Below are positions 9,555 to 19,347 of a DNA stretch of 64,000 nucleotides, one piece after another. Position numbers and translations under genes: made by a program. Source of the DNA: Patescibacteria group bacterium (GTDB lineage Bacteria > Patescibacteriota > Patescibacteriia > UBA2591 > UBA4787); NCBI GenBank assembly GCA_028715115.1, contig JAQUSN010000001.1, positions 67,314-131,313 of the forward strand. The letters are read 5' to 3'. Below the pieces are notes generated by a model. The model had not been told where the DNA came from. It worked only from the letters and a program-made list of their open reading frames with translations, and made no database searches. Positions within the stretch are counted from its first letter, which is position 1, and the number at the start of each line of letters is the position of its first letter.

Positions 9555-11297
9555 ATGTTTCTTCATGATATAAAATTTCAGCAGAAGCTGATTCAAAATG
9601 TTTTTCCGACAAAATGGCCCAAAATTAAACAACTAAAATATCTACCCCGCTTCCTTAGTCGCAAAGAAAAAATAATTATTAGTTCGGCAACGATTTTGGC
9701 CATTTTGAGTTTAATCGGATTAGTAGTGGGCACGCCCAACTCGGCGCTGAAAACTGCTCCGCGCAGCGGCGGACAATATACCGAAGGAATGGTGGGCGAA
9801 CCGCAATACTTAAATCCGATTTTGGCAAAAAACAACGAAGTAGATTTATCATTAACCAGAATTATTTTTTCTGGTTTATTTAAATACGATGAAAATTTAG
9901 AAATTGCGCCTGATTTGGTAAAAACCTATAAAATCAGCGAAGATAATCTGCGCTATAAAATAGAGCTGAAAAATAATGCAGTTTGGCAAGATGGTGAACC
10001 GCTTAATGCCGATGACATCTTATTTAATATCGCCACGATTCAAGACCCGCAAATAAAAAATCCTTGGAGCCCATATTTTGAAGACGTAAGGGTTAATAAA
10101 ATAGACGATTATAACATTGAGTTTATCTTAAAAAAACCGAATCAGAGTTTTTTGAAAATTTTAACAGTTGGTCTGATCCCAAAACATATCTGGCAAAATA
10201 TTCCAGCCAAACAATTTTCTTTGAACGATTATAATATCAAGCCCATCGGCAGCGGCCCGTTTCAATTCAAAAAAATTAGCCGCACCGAAAGTGGATTTGT
10301 AAAATCTTATACGCTGGAACGTAATAATAAATTCTACGACCAGAAAGCATATTTAAGCACCTTGGTTTTAAATTTTTATTCAGATTTTGATTCCTTAGCC
10401 GAGGCAGTTAAAAAAAGACGGGTTGGCGGCATTAGTTATGTACCTAAATACTTTGAAGAACAATTGGGCCTTACTAGTACTTTTAAAAAATATAATCTGC
10501 AACTCCCGCAATACACGGCTATATTTTTCAATGCTAATAGCAACAACGAACTTGCCTCTAAAGCTGTTCGCAAAGCCCTGACCTACGCCACACCAAAAGA
10601 AAAAATCTTAAACGAAGTTTTAGTGGGCAACGGCCAAATTGTCGACGGCCCCATCCTGCCTTTGTCGAGCGATTATAACCCGGCTATTACAAAATATAAT
10701 TATGACGTTGATAAGGCGGCTAAGTTCCTGGAAAATGCCGGCTGGGAAAAGGGAGATGACGAACTTTGGCATCAAAAAGAAAGAACCCTGTCTATAACCC
10801 TAACTACGGTTCAACAGCCGGAGCTAGAAAGAGTCGCCCAAATAATACAAGAGTCTTGGCAAACATTGGGAATAAAAACTAAGCTGGTTACTGTGCCGGC
10901 CGACGCGATTCAAAGAGATATTATTTCTACCCGGAATTACGAAGCGCTTGTCTTCGGCGTCATCCAAAATTTTGACAGCGACCCCTATCCCCTCTGGCAT
11001 TCTTCTCAACAAAAAAGCCCTGGACTAAACCTGACCTCTTTTAGTAATGCCAGAGTCGACGAATTATTGATTAAGGCCGAAGAAACACCGTTTCCCGAAG
11101 TACGAAAGAAAAAATATTTAGAATTCCAAACAATTATTACTGACGAAGTTCCGGCTATCTTCCTCTATAGCACCTCTTACACTTATTTGGTGGACAAAAA
11201 TATTAAAGGAATTCATTTAACAAAAATTAACCAACCGGCGGACCGATTTAATGGCATTGCCAACTGGTATATTAAAACCAAAAAAGTGGTAAAATAG
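9555..11297 (+). CDS. ABC transporter substrate-binding protein, family 5 (oligopeptide/nickel, OppA/DppA-like), membrane-anchored
   Basis: 580 aa; N-terminal TM anchor, then a family 5 solute-binding-protein fold (GGQYTEGMVGEPQYLNP..., ...DPYPLWHSS...). Confidence 0.75.
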   Translation: MFLHDIKFQQKLIQNVFPTKWPKIKQLKYLPRFLSRKEKIIISSATILAILSLIGLVVGTPNSALKTAPRSGGQYTEGMVGEPQYLNPILAKNNEVDLSLTRIIFSGLFKYDENLEIAPDLVKTYKISEDNLRYKIELKNNAVWQDGEPLNADDILFNIATIQDPQIKNPWSPYFEDVRVNKIDDYNIEFILKKPNQSFLKILTVGLIPKHIWQNIPAKQFSLNDYNIKPIGSGPFQFKKISRTESGFVKSYTLERNNKFYDQKAYLSTLVLNFYSDFDSLAEAVKKRRVGGISYVPKYFEEQLGLTSTFKKYNLQLPQYTAIFFNANSNNELASKAVRKALTYATPKEKILNEVLVGNGQIVDGPILPLSSDYNPAITKYNYDVDKAAKFLENAGWEKGDDELWHQKERTLSITLTTVQQPELERVAQIIQESWQTLGIKTKLVTVPADAIQRDIISTRNYEALVFGVIQNFDSDPYPLWHSSQQKSPGLNLTSFSNARVDELLIKAEETPFPEVRKKKYLEFQTIITDEVPAIFLYSTSYTYLVDKNIKGIHLTKINQPADRFNGIANWYIKTKKVVK

Positions 11298-11314
11298 AAA
11301 TAGTGCTCAACGAT

Positions 11315-11400
11315 GCCCACGTGGCGGAATTGGTATACGCGCAGGTCTCAGAAGCCTGGCCCGCAAGGGCATGTCGGTTCGACCCCGACCGTGGGCACCA
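11315..11400 (+). tRNA. tRNA-Leu (anticodon CAG), type II with long variable arm, CCA encoded
   Basis: Acceptor stem GCCCACG/CGTGGGC; D arm GCGGAATTGGTATACGC; anticodon stem-loop CAGGT-CTCAGAA-GCCTG; long variable arm GCCCGCAAGGGCAT; T arm GTCGG-TTCGACC-CCGAC; 3' ACCA. Confidence 0.85.
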
Positions 11401-11422
11401 TATTAAAATTTTATATCATTTT

Positions 11423-12418
11423 ATGAGCCGTTTATTTAGCGGTATACAACCAACTGGAGTTATCCATATCGGCAATTATTTAGGCGCTATCAAAAATTGG
11501 GTGGCCTTGCAAGAAAAATACGATAGCCTTTTTTGCGTGGTCAACTATCACGCCATGACCGTGCCTTATGACGCCAAAAAAATGCCTCAAATGACTTTAG
11601 ATTTAGCTATTGATTTAATGGCTTGCGGCATTGACCCATCCGCCAGCCGGCGGACTATTTTATTCGTCCAATCTGACGTGCCAGAAACTACCGAATTAAC
11701 CTGGATTTTAAACACGGTTACTCCGATTGGTGATTTAAAAAGAATGACACAGTTCAAAGATAAATCAGAAGAACATCCAGAAGCCGTAAACATGGGTTTA
11801 TTTGATTATCCGGTTCTTATGGCCGCTGATATTTTACTTTATAAGGCCACTGTTGTGCCGGTCGGAGAAGATCAATTACAACACTTGGAACTATCGCGTG
11901 AAATCGCCCGCCGATTTAACAATGCTTTTGGTAAAACCTTCGACGAACCTAAGCCGCTTTTAACCAAAGCCGCCCGGCTAATGAGTTTAACCGACCCAAC
12001 TAAAAAAATGAGCAAATCTATGGGCCCGGAAAGTTATATTGCCATTACCGACAGCCCGGAAGTAATTGAAAAAAAACTGGCCACAGCCGTGACTGATGAA
12101 GCCAGAAAAAAAAGAACCGACCCTGGCGCGCCGGAAAAATGCAATATTTATGCTTTACATAAATTTTTCTCTTCTAAAGATGAGATTGATTATATTGCAA
12201 CTAATTGCCAAAAAGCCAGTATCGGCTGTTTGGATTGTAAAAAGCTTTTAGCCAAAAATATTATTAAAGAACTTGAACCGATACAAAAAAAGCGAGCCGA
12301 ATTAATTAAAAATCTCAACCAAGTTAAAAAGATTTTAGCTGACGGCGCTATCCGAGCTAGAGCCATAGCTAGGAAAAATATCGAAGAGATAAAAAATAAA
12401 ACCGGCTTATTCTATTAA
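11423..12418 (+). CDS. trpS: Tryptophan--tRNA ligase
   Basis: MSRLFSGIQPTGVIHIGNYLGAI (HIGH-type motif) and KMSKS (KKMSKSMG). The track ORF 11303-12418 has an artefactual N-terminal extension that covers the tRNA; the real start is the ATG at 11423. Confidence 0.9.
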   Translation: MSRLFSGIQPTGVIHIGNYLGAIKNWVALQEKYDSLFCVVNYHAMTVPYDAKKMPQMTLDLAIDLMACGIDPSASRRTILFVQSDVPETTELTWILNTVTPIGDLKRMTQFKDKSEEHPEAVNMGLFDYPVLMAADILLYKATVVPVGEDQLQHLELSREIARRFNNAFGKTFDEPKPLLTKAARLMSLTDPTKKMSKSMGPESYIAITDSPEVIEKKLATAVTDEARKKRTDPGAPEKCNIYALHKFFSSKDEIDYIATNCQKASIGCLDCKKLLAKNIIKELEPIQKKRAELIKNLNQVKKILADGAIRARAIARKNIEEIKNKTGLFY

Positions 12419-12473
12419 ACGCAATATATAATATAGCACTATTTATCGATGGCTATTTTATTTTCATCAACTA

Positions 12474-12508
12474 AAAAACGCATATTTTCTCGACCGAGAA
12501 AATATGCG
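12474..12508. repeat. 35 bp exact repeat copy 1 (AAAAACGCATATTTTCTCGACCGAGAAAATATGCG), containing a 14 bp perfect hairpin
   Basis: Identical to 13132-13166; the two copies bracket the single gene 12564-13115. Confidence 0.8.
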
Positions 12509-12563
12509 CATAATTAAAATTTAAATAATTAAGTAACATTCTAATTATTTATAAAATTATCTT

Positions 12564-13115
12564 ATGAAGTTATCGATAAACGAAAAAATTTTATGGACAA
12601 TTTTTAAATACCTCGAAAAAGCTGATCAAGTCACCTCTTCTAAACAATTTCTAAGCATCGCTCGACCTAAAACTGCTTTTTACAACAAAGGGTATGTCGA
12701 TTACCTATCGATAAAACATCTTACCCAAAAATCTTTACGTAAGAAAAATTTTAGCGCTCTTATCTATCGACTTAAAAGAAGTGGATTTATTAAAACTACT
12801 AAAATAAATAATGCCAAGGCTATTATCCTGACTCCGAAGGCTAAAGATAAAATCCTGCAAATCAATTTAAAACAAACCGACATGCAGTGCCGTAAAGATA
12901 AAAAATGGCAAATGGTTATCTTCGATATCCCCGAAGAATTTAGAAAAAACCGAGATCGTTTCCGATTATCTTTAAAAATAATGAGTTATCAAAAATTACA
13001 GCAAAGTATATGGATTTGTCCCTACGATGTCGCCGAAAAAACCCAACTATCTATTAAATATTTTTCTTTGGAGAATTATGTTAAGTTGCTGTTGGTTGAG
13101 GAAATAAAAATATAA
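12564..13115 (+). CDS. Hypothetical protein, N-terminal winged-helix-like region plus C-terminal Cas2-like/PaaX-C-like ferredoxin-fold segment (weak)
   Basis: 183 aa; the C-terminal KWQMVIFDIPEEFRKNRDRFRLSLKIMSYQKLQQSIWICPYD resembles the VxxYDV...RRK..K.L...G.R.Q.SV core of Cas2/PaaX_C-type domains. No cas genes or CRISPR array are nearby. Confidence 0.35.
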   Translation: MKLSINEKILWTIFKYLEKADQVTSSKQFLSIARPKTAFYNKGYVDYLSIKHLTQKSLRKKNFSALIYRLKRSGFIKTTKINNAKAIILTPKAKDKILQINLKQTDMQCRKDKKWQMVIFDIPEEFRKNRDRFRLSLKIMSYQKLQQSIWICPYDVAEKTQLSIKYFSLENYVKLLLVEEIKI

Positions 13116-13131
13116 AAATCAGTAAATATAG

Positions 13132-13171
13132 AAAAACGCATATTTTCTCGACCGAGAAAATATGCGTTTTT
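13132..13171. terminator. 35 bp repeat copy 2 plus T-run: hairpin terminator
   Basis: CGCATATTTTCTCG/CGAGAAAATATGCG stem followed by TTTTTATTATT. Confidence 0.65.
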
Positions 13172-13295
13172 ATTATTATTTATTATCTATTATTTATTAT
13201 TAATTATGTATTATGTATTATTAATAACTATTACTCTCGACTGTTTATTCTTAACTAACTTTTTTAATTAACCTTAAATTGAGCTCTCCGCAAAA

Positions 13296-13330
13296 CCAAG
13301 CCCCCTCACTCTGATAGAGTGAGGGGGTTG
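13296..13330 (-). terminator. Hairpin CCCCCTCACTC-tgata-GAGTGAGGGGG downstream of the large surface-protein gene
   Basis: Perfect 11 bp stem about 80 bp 3' of the stop at 13411 on the minus strand. Confidence 0.55.
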
Positions 13331-13410
13331 GTTGTTAGACTAAGTACTTTTATTGTACTTCTAACTGCGAATCGTTATTCGTACGCTACGATCAAAACGT
13401 TAAAGTGTGA

Positions 13411-16400
13411 TTACCTGGACAATGTCTGGTTATCAGTCGGTAAACCGGTAACCAAGTAACCATTGGTCCAATCCATATAAGTTGACTGATAGGTCTCAGC
13501 ATGGTTAATACCTTTGGCCTTATCAGACCATAAGAAATCAACCGTAGACTGAGTAGAACCATCGTCAAGTTGGGCTAACTCGGTGTCATGATCGCTCAAG
13601 CCACCGGTTAGAGGACTGGTATCATTGGAAACTGGCATGCTGGTTAAGACTGAATCGTATTGAGTGGAGTTGGAAACAACGGCCTTCAAGATAAAGCTCT
13701 TGGTAGAACCGGCGCCAACTTCTTTCTCGTTAGTTAATTCAATCTGCATGGTCTTAGCAGCGGTGATAGAAATAGCACCGGTGGTAGAGGTAGAAGTACC
13801 ATTAGACCATGTACCAGCTAAAGCAGTAGACTGATCATCATAATCGTATAATTTCCAGGTGTTAAGAGTAAGAGCTCCACCAGTACCCGCATCATTGGGG
13901 GTAACGTAGAAGCTCAACTTCTTGACAGTTAACGCACCAGAGGTACTGGCAGCAACATTGAACTTATAGAGAGTCATCGTGCCATCAGCTAGAATAGTGT
14001 TCGAAAGAGCAGTTAAAGTAACGGTTGGTTTGGTGGCTCTTAAGTACATATTATTGCCATAAATATCGCTGGCATTGGTCGGAGCAGATAAGACGGTTTG
14101 TGAAGTACCCACAGCTTCGAAAACGTCGGCAGTGGTTCCATCAACACCAATCTTTAAGTTACGACCAGTAGCGTCAATAGTAGAAAGAATGGTAGATAAT
14201 TTAGCCGAGATCGTTAAGACCTTGGTACCATCGGCCGGAATAGTCCAACCAACGTTGCTGAAGTTAGCATAACCAGAGGTTAACGAACTGGTTTGAGCAG
14301 TGCCGCCTTCTGGAGAGATGGTGACAGTGTCAATACTACCATCGTTAGTAGCGGTATTTAATTTAACTCTGAATTTATTAACCACAAATTGCTCGGTCGC
14401 AGCCGTGAATTTAATCTTGGCCAAGACAACATTGTCGTTACCGGCTAAGACGATACCAGCCACAGGAGTATTAGCATCCTGAGCAGTGGTTAAAGTACCA
14501 GTCGTAGAAACGGTAATGGCGATCTTGTTAGCAGCGGAAGCGGCAATAGCGTTAGCATCACTAGCAGCAGACATATCAATGACATTGCTGTCGCCGTCAT
14601 AGGCGGTAATATTAGCGCCTAAGACAGAAGTCAAAGTATAAACAGCCGCAGATTGACTGCTAACGTCGAATTTGACGGTTAATTTTTTAGTAGCCGATTT
14701 AGTAATATTGACATTTAAATTGTCAAAAGTAACTAAACCGTAATCATGGGTTGATGCCGTATTACTAAGAGTCTTGGTAGATAGCAAAGTAGTGCCATCA
14801 TACAAATAAATCGAAGTAATGTTAGCATTCGGTGTGGTCACTTCAGTAGCGCCATTGCCAGTCGTTGGTGTGGCGGCAGTGTTAACGTAAACTCTAGCTT
14901 GAAGCTGAGTTATTTTAACATCTGAAGCATTGCCAGCAGTCAAATTAACACCCAAAGCTTCAACTTTAGAAGCGCCCTTAACTACAGTTTGAGAAACTGG
15001 AGTAGAGGCAGCGCCAACAGTTAAGCTGGAAGCCTGGATGGTTTGATTGTCACCGGTAATGCTAGTAGGAATAACGTCGGCTAATTTGATATAATCGCCC
15101 GTATTCACATCGCGGAATTCATAATCAGTAGCCGCGGTGTGTTCAACGGCGAAAACGTCAGCGCGAATATATTCAGTCGGCAAGGTAGCACTAGTACCAA
15201 CGTCAACAGTAACAGCTAGGTGTCTAGTAACACCAGCAGATAAGTTGAAAACGTCAGTTAAATCCCATCGATTAGTATCGGCATCAGCATTGGCGGTAAC
15301 GCAGGAATCTGCGTTCACACAATTCGAGGTACTGATTGATTTAGACATAACAGTAGCGCCAGTGTCTAAATCTTTAATTCTTAAATCAGTAATGCCGTTG
15401 GTAATAATAAGATTAGTGCCATCGCTTCTTAACACAACTCTTAATTTTTTAACTTCAACATTTCTGCCAGAAGTTAAAGAGAACTTAGTTAAGACAACGT
15501 CTTGAAGATTCCTGCCGATATAGCTGGCGGTCGGACCATTGTCAGCTATACTCACCACGCCACCCTGCATAGTTATGCTGCCGACAGAAATGGAAGGACC
15601 GCTAACAGCGGCGCCATAACCGGAAATTTTGTCGATAGCAACTAAGTGATCAACATCATCAACCTTAACAGTCAAAGTTTCAGCAACTCGACCAGCTAAG
15701 TCGGCTTTAACCGTGAAAATGCGGTTATTGCCCTTGGTAATGGTGAATGGAGTGGCTAAAGTGAAGGTAACAGTATCGTTAGAGGCAACACTAGCCGCAG
15801 TGGCTAATAAAGTGCCTTCCTGATATAGCTTCAAGTTAGTAGCTGAGCTACGAGCTAAGCTGCCGCTCAAAGTCAAAACGACTTCCTTAAAGTCAATATC
15901 ATTGGCTCCGGCAGTTAATTTGAATGAAGCAATCTCAGCTGCCTGAGCGCCAATGGTTGGATTGCTGATGGAAGTACCAGCGGCAACAGTAACAGTGCTA
16001 CCACCAGTCACACCGATAACGAATTCGTTACCAGAAACTGGTAGGCCGGTTACAGTAGCAGCAGTAGTCACAGTCTTCAAAGAGAAGGCGTGACGACCAC
16101 CAGTAGTACCAGGATTACTAACAGTACCTCTTAAGCTAATAACTTTAGAGGAATTGGCAGGAATAGAAATATCGAGGGTCGGGAACTCTACATCATTAGT
16201 ATCAGAACTAATGGTTCGACCGGAAGAAACTAAGCGGACGCCATCGGCGTAAACCGCCATAGAGGTCCAGTCGGTAGTAGCACCAACGCCAGTTCGATGG
16301 AAAACTAAACCGGTCACGTTAACTGCGGTCGCACCAGCGGATAAACGAACCTTTAACAGGTCAACGTTGGCCGCGGTAGGAGGTAGAGTGGCGCCAGAAA

Positions 16401-17160
16401 TATATTCGGCGACGCTAGCAGTTAAACCGCCGACAGTAGGAGTACCAACCCAACCAGGGGTTAATAAACCGGATTCGGCGCCGGTAATAGTGGTGCCAGT
16501 CGAATAAACTTCAGTATCTCCAATTAAGATGATATTTGAAGTTAAATAACGATTGGCAGTGAAAGCAGCAGTAGAGGCGAAAGGTCTCTTAACGCCGCCG
16601 GAGATCAAATAGATCGTACCACCCTCATCGTATCTGACTAAAGAGCCATCTGAATGAGTAGTAGAAGAGGTAATTAAATCTCCTAAAGGATAAGTGAACT
16701 TATCCAATAAGTCACTCGGGACCCAAGTAACCTTCAACCAGTTTGGATCCTTGAATAAGGCCTGATAAACGGCAGAAGACACAACGGGTCTAAGTGTTGC
16801 ACCCTGAACAAAATAAACAGCTTCTTTGGCGTATCCACCAATGCCCGAGCTAGTCCCACGGAAAAGTGAGCCATCGCGGAAAGGCATCGCATTGCCATCA
16901 CTATAAGCGGCTAAATCAGTAGCAGTTACAGTTTTGACAGTGCTATAGTTTGATGGATATCCCCATGATAAATAAACATTAGCATGAGGGAAAACGCGTT
17001 TAGTAGCTCCCTGGATGTAGTAGACAGCTGGAGAACCAGCAACCTTAACTAAATCGCCATCAGAGATGGTCACGGCACTGGCAGTTAAAACACCGCCCAT
17101 GCTGGAAAGCACTAAAGCAGCGCTAGCACCAAAGTATAACGCTTTCTTTAGGTTTGACAT
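13411..17160 (-). CDS. Very large secreted, Thr/Ser/Ala/Val-rich repetitive cell-surface protein (S-layer-like/adhesin-like)
   Basis: About 1249 aa from the ATG at 17160 (MSNLKKALYFGASAALVLSSMGG signal peptide; the track ORF begins at an upstream TTG). Low-complexity beta-rich repeats throughout; no enzymatic motifs. Confidence 0.6.
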   Translation of the reverse strand: MSNLKKALYFGASAALVLSSMGGVLTASAVTISDGDLVKVAGSPAVYYIQGATKRVFPHANVYLSWGYPSNYSTVKTVTATDLAAYSDGNAMPFRDGSLFRGTSSGIGGYAKEAVYFVQGATLRPVVSSAVYQALFKDPNWLKVTWVPSDLLDKFTYPLGDLITSSTTHSDGSLVRYDEGGTIYLISGGVKRPFASTAAFTANRYLTSNIILIGDTEVYSTGTTITGAESGLLTPGWVGTPTVGGLTASVAEYISGATLPPTAANVDLLKVRLSAGATAVNVTGLVFHRTGVGATTDWTSMAVYADGVRLVSSGRTISSDTNDVEFPTLDISIPANSSKVISLRGTVSNPGTTGGRHAFSLKTVTTAATVTGLPVSGNEFVIGVTGGSTVTVAAGTSISNPTIGAQAAEIASFKLTAGANDIDFKEVVLTLSGSLARSSATNLKLYQEGTLLATAASVASNDTVTFTLATPFTITKGNNRIFTVKADLAGRVAETLTVKVDDVDHLVAIDKISGYGAAVSGPSISVGSITMQGGVVSIADNGPTASYIGRNLQDVVLTKFSLTSGRNVEVKKLRVVLRSDGTNLIITNGITDLRIKDLDTGATVMSKSISTSNCVNADSCVTANADADTNRWDLTDVFNLSAGVTRHLAVTVDVGTSATLPTEYIRADVFAVEHTAATDYEFRDVNTGDYIKLADVIPTSITGDNQTIQASSLTVGAASTPVSQTVVKGASKVEALGVNLTAGNASDVKITQLQARVYVNTAATPTTGNGATEVTTPNANITSIYLYDGTTLLSTKTLSNTASTHDYGLVTFDNLNVNITKSATKKLTVKFDVSSQSAAVYTLTSVLGANITAYDGDSNVIDMSAASDANAIAASAANKIAITVSTTGTLTTAQDANTPVAGIVLAGNDNVVLAKIKFTAATEQFVVNKFRVKLNTATNDGSIDTVTISPEGGTAQTSSLTSGYANFSNVGWTIPADGTKVLTISAKLSTILSTIDATGRNLKIGVDGTTADVFEAVGTSQTVLSAPTNASDIYGNNMYLRATKPTVTLTALSNTILADGTMTLYKFNVAASTSGALTVKKLSFYVTPNDAGTGGALTLNTWKLYDYDDQSTALAGTWSNGTSTSTTGAISITAAKTMQIELTNEKEVGAGSTKSFILKAVVSNSTQYDSVLTSMPVSNDTSPLTGGLSDHDTELAQLDDGSTQSTVDFLWSDKAKGINHAETYQSTYMDWTNGYLVTGLPTDNQTLSR

Positions 17161-17549
17161 AAGTAAAAACTCTTTTGAGTACAAATCATTTATTTTGAAT
17201 AGAACAGATAATAACCAATTAAATTATTAGATGTCCTGTCAAATTAACAATCTGCACTATTTAATTAAGTTAGTCCTATCTTAATGGTTTAAACCTTCAA
17301 GGGTTAACCCGATTTGAAAGTTTAACTCGTTTTTAAGACTCGACCTTTAATAGTCCGTCCTAATTCGCTCCGTCATCCGTCATCCGTCAATTGACGGAGA
17401 CGGAGATGGGTGGCGAACGGATTAGGGCTTAACCTTAACCCAATTCAGGTAATTAAAGGAGAAATGGATTAAGATCAGAGGACTTATAATTGGTAGATTA
17501 TAAAAAATAATATATAAACCAATTGTAATCCTTAAATATTAAAATTAAA

Positions 17550-18458
17550 TTATTTTTCAAAAATGACGTCTCCGTTAAATGTGTTTTCTTTGACGATGTC
17601 TATTTTAACCTCGTCAACCGGCTTAATCAACGAGTTATTAGTATTTACGGGTTTTTCGCTGGGCTTAACCACCGGAACGGTGGGGATGATTACCGTATCT
17701 AACTGGTTGATAACCGGAGTAGAGGTAGAATTGTCGCCAGTAACCGTTGGATCGGTTGCATCAACTTGACCGGAAACAGCGCTAATCTTATCGGTAATTT
17801 CACCGGCCTTGGTTAAAGCTGTATTTAAATCTTTTTTGACCAACGAAGCCTTGGTTTCATCTAAAGATTTTTGTACATCAGACGATAAAATAAGGCCGGC
17901 CATAGTTTTGCCGTCTTGAATTGGCAAAGATCCTTGCTCAACCTGTTTAACATTGTCGTCGACTGGGCTATTGGCGTTTAATTCGTTTTTCAAGGTGCTG
18001 ATATCTGATTTAATGTTAGTGACCGCGGCCACTAAGTTCTTTTCGGCATTGCCGTCAGCGCCACCTTGGATTTGGCGTGCCAAAACTTTTACTTCTTCAA
18101 CGCGGGTAGTTATTAATTCAGCACGTAAAACATTTTTTTGGTTTTGGTTGGTGGTCATGGCTAACCTAACTTGCTCGGTCAGTCTCTTTACTGTATATAA
18201 AGGTTGTCCGGGTAAACTGTTTTTAGCGGCAAAAATTGTTGAGACGCCGGTAAAACAAACAACTCCAAGAAGCACAAAAGTGGCAATAGCTGGACGTAAA
18301 TTAAAATAAAAAACCGGACCGCTTGATTGGGCTCCCGTATTCTCGGACAAATAAGTCAACAAATGTTGCTTATTGCTATCAGCCCACAAATGGTCTGGCT
18401 TTTTATGATTTAATTTTTTTAAGCCTGTTAACAGGCTATAATTATTTGACATAGGCAC
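17550..18458 (-). CDS. Membrane-anchored coiled-coil protein, putative anti-sigma factor (ECF partner)
   Basis: 302 aa; one TM helix (residues ~55-75); the 54-residue N-terminal segment would be cytoplasmic and the long extracytoplasmic part is coiled-coil with a Pro/Thr-rich tail. Encoded 2 genes downstream of an ECF sigma in the same orientation. Confidence 0.4.
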   Translation of the reverse strand: MPMSNNYSLLTGLKKLNHKKPDHLWADSNKQHLLTYLSENTGAQSSGPVFYFNLRPAIATFVLLGVVCFTGVSTIFAAKNSLPGQPLYTVKRLTEQVRLAMTTNQNQKNVLRAELITTRVEEVKVLARQIQGGADGNAEKNLVAAVTNIKSDISTLKNELNANSPVDDNVKQVEQGSLPIQDGKTMAGLILSSDVQKSLDETKASLVKKDLNTALTKAGEITDKISAVSGQVDATDPTVTGDNSTSTPVINQLDTVIIPTVPVVKPSEKPVNTNNSLIKPVDEVKIDIVKENTFNGDVIFEK

Positions 18459-18581
18459 TTTTTGGGTTTTAACTTACACTAAATAAGACGTAAAAAGGCC
18501 AAAAACGTGACAAAAGACCCCGATTAAGGGATCTCTTTTACCCAAAAACCTTATAAAATAAAGGGTTTAAGGCTTATGCGG

Positions 18582-19337
18582 TCATTTAAAACCAACACCA
18601 ATCGGGCAATGATCTGATCCTAAAACTTTACTATATATGTAAGCGCCTCTTAAGCGCTTAATTAAATTTTTGGAAATAAAAATATAATCTATGCGCCAAC
18701 CCAAATTTCTCTGCCTAGCTTTGGCAAAATACGGCCACCAAGTATAATAACCGCCCTCTTGATTAAAATTTCTGAAAGTGTCGATGAATTTTAAATTAAT
18801 TAAATCGCTAATTTGTTTCCTTTCGGGTGAAGTAAACATAATATTGTGGCGATTAGATTTTGGCCGGGCTAAATCTATGTCTTCATGAGCTATATTAAAA
18901 TCGCCGCAAATAATTATTTTTTTATTTTTTATTTTTTTAAGATGATTTAAAAAATATTTATAAACTTTTAATTTATATTTTAAATTCTTTTTATCTCTAC
19001 TGCCATGCGGCATATAAATGTTAATTAAGATAAAGTCTGAGTAAACTAATTCTAAAAACCTGCCCTCTTGGTCGAACCTTTTAAGCCCCAACTTATTGAT
19101 TATTTTAAGCGGCGCTTTTTTAGCAAGGATTATAATGCCGCTATAACCCTTTCTCTCGGCTAAATTCAGATATGAAAAATACCCTTGATATTTAAGTAAA
19201 ATATGGGGTATGTCGCTCTCCTGAGCTTTAATTTCCTGGAAACAAACAATATCCGGCTTAAGGCTTTTTAGACTTTTAATCAGGCCCTTTTTATAAACTG
19301 ACCTTAATCCGTTAACATTCCAACTTAATATTTTCAT
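18582..19337 (-). CDS. xth: Exodeoxyribonuclease III (AP endonuclease)
   Basis: 251 aa; MKILSWNVNGLRS, CFQEIK, GDFNIAH and SDHCPI motifs of the ExoIII/APE1 family. Confidence 0.85.
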   Translation of the reverse strand: MKILSWNVNGLRSVYKKGLIKSLKSLKPDIVCFQEIKAQESDIPHILLKYQGYFSYLNLAERKGYSGIIILAKKAPLKIINKLGLKRFDQEGRFLELVYSDFILINIYMPHGSRDKKNLKYKLKVYKYFLNHLKKIKNKKIIICGDFNIAHEDIDLARPKSNRHNIMFTSPERKQISDLINLKFIDTFRNFNQEGGYYTWWPYFAKARQRNLGWRIDYIFISKNLIKRLRGAYIYSKVLGSDHCPIGVGFK

Positions 19338-19347
19338 GAAGGAGGTT

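Noticed and set aside
11303-11422. N-terminal extension of the trpS ORF in the six-frame track
   Set aside because: The extension translates the tRNA-Leu gene. The true start is the ATG at 11423, which gives the conserved MSRLFSG...HIGN N-terminus.
12474-13171. Possible CRISPR array or cas remnant, given the Cas2-like C-terminus and palindromic repeats
   Set aside because: There are only two repeat copies and they flank a gene rather than short spacers. No cas1 or other cas genes are present. The Cas2 similarity is weak and at fold level only.
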